A DNA stretch of 64,000 nucleotides. Origin: Eledone cirrhosa. Taxonomy: Eukaryota. The notes under the pieces are model-generated. The model was not told the DNA's origin. It did no database searches and was given only the letters and a program-made list of their open reading frames with translations. Where the stretch lies: the NCBI GenBank assembly GCA_964016885.1, contig OZ024751.1:34286001-34350000 (forward strand), read 5' to 3'. The translations under genes were made by a program, and so were the position numbers. Within the stretch, counting starts at the first letter, position 1. Each line of letters opens with the position of its first letter. Below, in pieces: positions 60,879 through 64,000 of this stretch.

Positions 60879-61060
60879 AACGAGTAGGACTCCGACGGCT
60901 GAGCTCAAGCCGTTTCGACGGCTAATTCTGGACTTAGCCGTCGAAACGGCTTGAGCTCAGCCGTCAGGGTCCTACTCGTTCCTATTACCCACTCTACTAC
61001 CTTAAGTATTGAGTACTTTGGTGCGTTATGGTCCATCTGGTTCCTTACCACATTTCCTTC
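60874..61060 (-). mobile_element. Short (TA)n-embedded element with a 52-bp inverted terminal duplication
   Basis: Arms about 60874-60925 and 60934-60985 with two differences; body 60985-61055 is the reverse complement of about 16593-16660; terminus also present at 3354-3398 and 16685-16731. Confidence 0.75.
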
Positions 61061-61066
61061 GTTATA

Positions 61067-61118
<52 letters not shown>

Positions 61119-61448
61119 GCAAGAAACGTTGATAGATAGATAGATTGATGCCTCGATCGATAGATAGATAGTCAGACAGATACAGTATATAGCTATGAAG
61201 ATATATGCAGATAATTAGATGTATCTATTCTAGATATTTCTTTAGAGGGATATCTATTTAGGAGCTCGTAGAAAATTTCATTATTCTAACCAAAGAAGAC
61301 AGTTTTTCACTACACAAATGTATTATCCAGCCTTGCAAATATATTTCATAATACATTCTATACGACTAAAATTACGCGAGAAGAAACCCATACATTTAGT
61401 ACGTTGTAGTAGTTGGCTAAGCTTTGGCACATTTGTCTGAATATATAT

Positions 61449-61492
<44 letters not shown>

Positions 61493-62068
61493 GGGGTTGG
61501 GGATGTGCATATACATGTATGTATGAAATTATGTCTATTCTTACGTATGCGTATGAATCGTTACATATATAGATATGTGTGTGATTGTGTATATGTGTGT
61601 TCCTGCCAATATATCTGAGTGCCTGACAATTCTGTGAGCAGGTGTGCGTAGGTTTGTTCGAAATAGACTTTGTTTTTCTCTTTCACAGTAAATATACATA
61701 CTTATATATGAGTGTATGTATTATATATATATGTGTGCGTGTATTATATGTATGAGTGTGTGTATTGTGTGTGTGTGTGTATTATATATATATATATATC
61801 TGCTGAAATCAACAGCACAAGACCGTTTCAATGGCCAGTTATTAGTAATGATCTGCAACCATAAATAACGCATGTCATTGTTAACAATAAGTTAAAGAAC
61901 TCTTGTATTCTTCCTCGACTCATTCCTTCCTTTCTTTCATTCATTTCTTCCTCATTCATCTCATTCCCTCTTTCTATCTTCTTCTATTACTGTCTTTATT
62001 ATTTAGTTTTTTGTTGTTGTTTTATTACCTTTCTTATTGTTGTTGTCTTTTATGTCTTATATTCATTA

Positions 62069-62150
62069 ATGTTATTTAATATTCGAGGTTGATCTATTCA
62101 GGTCTGAAAGTAGCTCTCTATCTCACTTTTTCTCTGTATATACATGTTTC

Positions 62151-62232
<82 letters not shown>

Positions 62233-62314
62233 GAAACATGTATATACAGAGAAAAAGTGAGATAGAGAGCTACTTTCAGACCTGAATAGATCAACCTCGA
62301 ATATTAAATAACAT
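62069..62314. repeat. Perfect 246-bp palindrome centred on (TA)31
   Basis: 62069-62160 is the exact reverse complement of 62223-62314. Confidence 0.95.
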
Positions 62315-63111
62315 ATATATATATATATATATAGCTGTATGTATGTATATATGTATATGTATGTGTATATATATATATTGTTATGTTTGGGGATGGTCAT
62401 GTTGTCAGCATTGCCAATATAACGAAACACACGAAGCACATAATTTTCACTTTATCTCTATTACTAGTTATTCGTTAGTTTTTCAAAGTTCTGTCGTCAC
62501 ACATTCTTTTGGTTTGTCAAAAGACGAGCTGCAGTAACAGATTAAAACCAAGAAGTGGAAGCACAAAAAGAGAAGAGATAATCATTGAAGATGTCACAGA
62601 ATGTGTGACGAAAGAACTGACAAATTAAAGCATAACTAGTTATAAAGATAAAGCAAAACTTAATGGTTTGTGTTTATATTTTTATTGGCAATGCTGGCAA
62701 CATGACAATTCCTGAGATAGGGGGGGGGAGTATATATATATTTATATATGTGTGTGTGTATGTGCACAGAGACAATTGGATAGCTATGCAGATAAGCAGA
62801 CACACAGACAGTCATAGATAGATACACAGACTGATTGATAGGTAAGTAGGTAAGATATAAATACATAGACAGATAGACAGCCAGAAATATCGAAAGATAA
62901 ATTGAGTACATTGTAATATTTCATTATTAGAATCATGTGAATGATTCTGACAATTGATTTAGTCGTGTGAAAATCTATCGATAGTTGGAGATATTCGTGG
63001 AATCTCCAGTTCAATACAAAATGTACATATCGATACTTTTAGAATCGGTAATTGATGCCTAAATATGTGAATACTAATCAATTGAATCAATTGAATGTGC
63101 CTCTTACATAT

Positions 63112-63219
<108 letters not shown>

Positions 63220-63250
63220 CATATTTGTACATACATACATGTACATATAT

Positions 63251-63307
<57 letters not shown>

Positions 63308-63789
63308 TATATATATATATATATATATAATTATATATATATACACACATATATATATACACACACGCTGTTTCTTGGTCTTTATTTCCTACATTGATGG
63401 TCTATATATTCACTGAGAGAGCCTTAAGGTAGAGTAATAGCCTGATCACGTGATCGTACGACTTTGGAATAGAATAGAACAGTGTGGTGGGGGTGGGGTT
63501 AAAGAAAAAGAAGTATTATAGAAGATAAGAGATGTATAATGTTGGTGGGTGTGGGGAGAGGATGATGTTGGATTGGAAGGAGGGTGGGAGGGGGAAGAGA
63601 GCGATGTGTTAAGGATGATGGACGAAAAGCGATGTGTAATGGGTTGGAAGGAAAGAGAGGGAGAGAGAGAGAGAGGGAATTTAAAGAGATGAAATGTGGA
63701 TGGAATATTTAGCAAGTGAGAAAATCGCTTAAAACATTTTCCATGAGGCAATACATTACTTAAATATCTATGCATAGTTATTGGCCTAA

Positions 63790-63873
<84 letters not shown>

Positions 63874-64000
63874 CCACACACATATATATATACACATACA
63901 CACACCACACACATATATATGTACACACACACACATAACTTTAGAGGAATGTAAGAAATCTTTATTAGTCTTACGCGAGTTTCAAGCAGTGAAAACTACA

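Overview
Very AT-rich, microsatellite-saturated eukaryotic non-coding DNA (intergenic or a giant intron). The repeat landscape of (TA)n/(CA)n/(GA)n tracts and tRNA-derived SINEs resembles a coleoid cephalopod, probably octopus; this is an inference from recalled repeat sequences. No intact protein-coding gene is supportable, and almost all listed ORFs are translations of simple repeats. Supportable features: four copies of one tRNA-SINE, tails of a second SINE family, a hAT MITE with an 8-bp TSD, a non-autonomous Helitron, decayed Penelope-like, L1/Tx1 and RTE retrotransposon fragments, several minisatellites and several long inverted repeats. The most interesting signal is a recurring set of short, mostly (TA)n-embedded elements carrying minimal type-I hammerhead ribozyme motifs with palindromic stem III (Penelope pLTR or retrozyme-like). 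One is nearly intact at about 22.7 kb, one lies in a 514-bp unit with terminal direct repeats, and one forms a decayed tandem array split by the Helitron. A few exon-like islands on the minus strand and CTCF/YY1-like motifs are flagged as low-confidence candidates.
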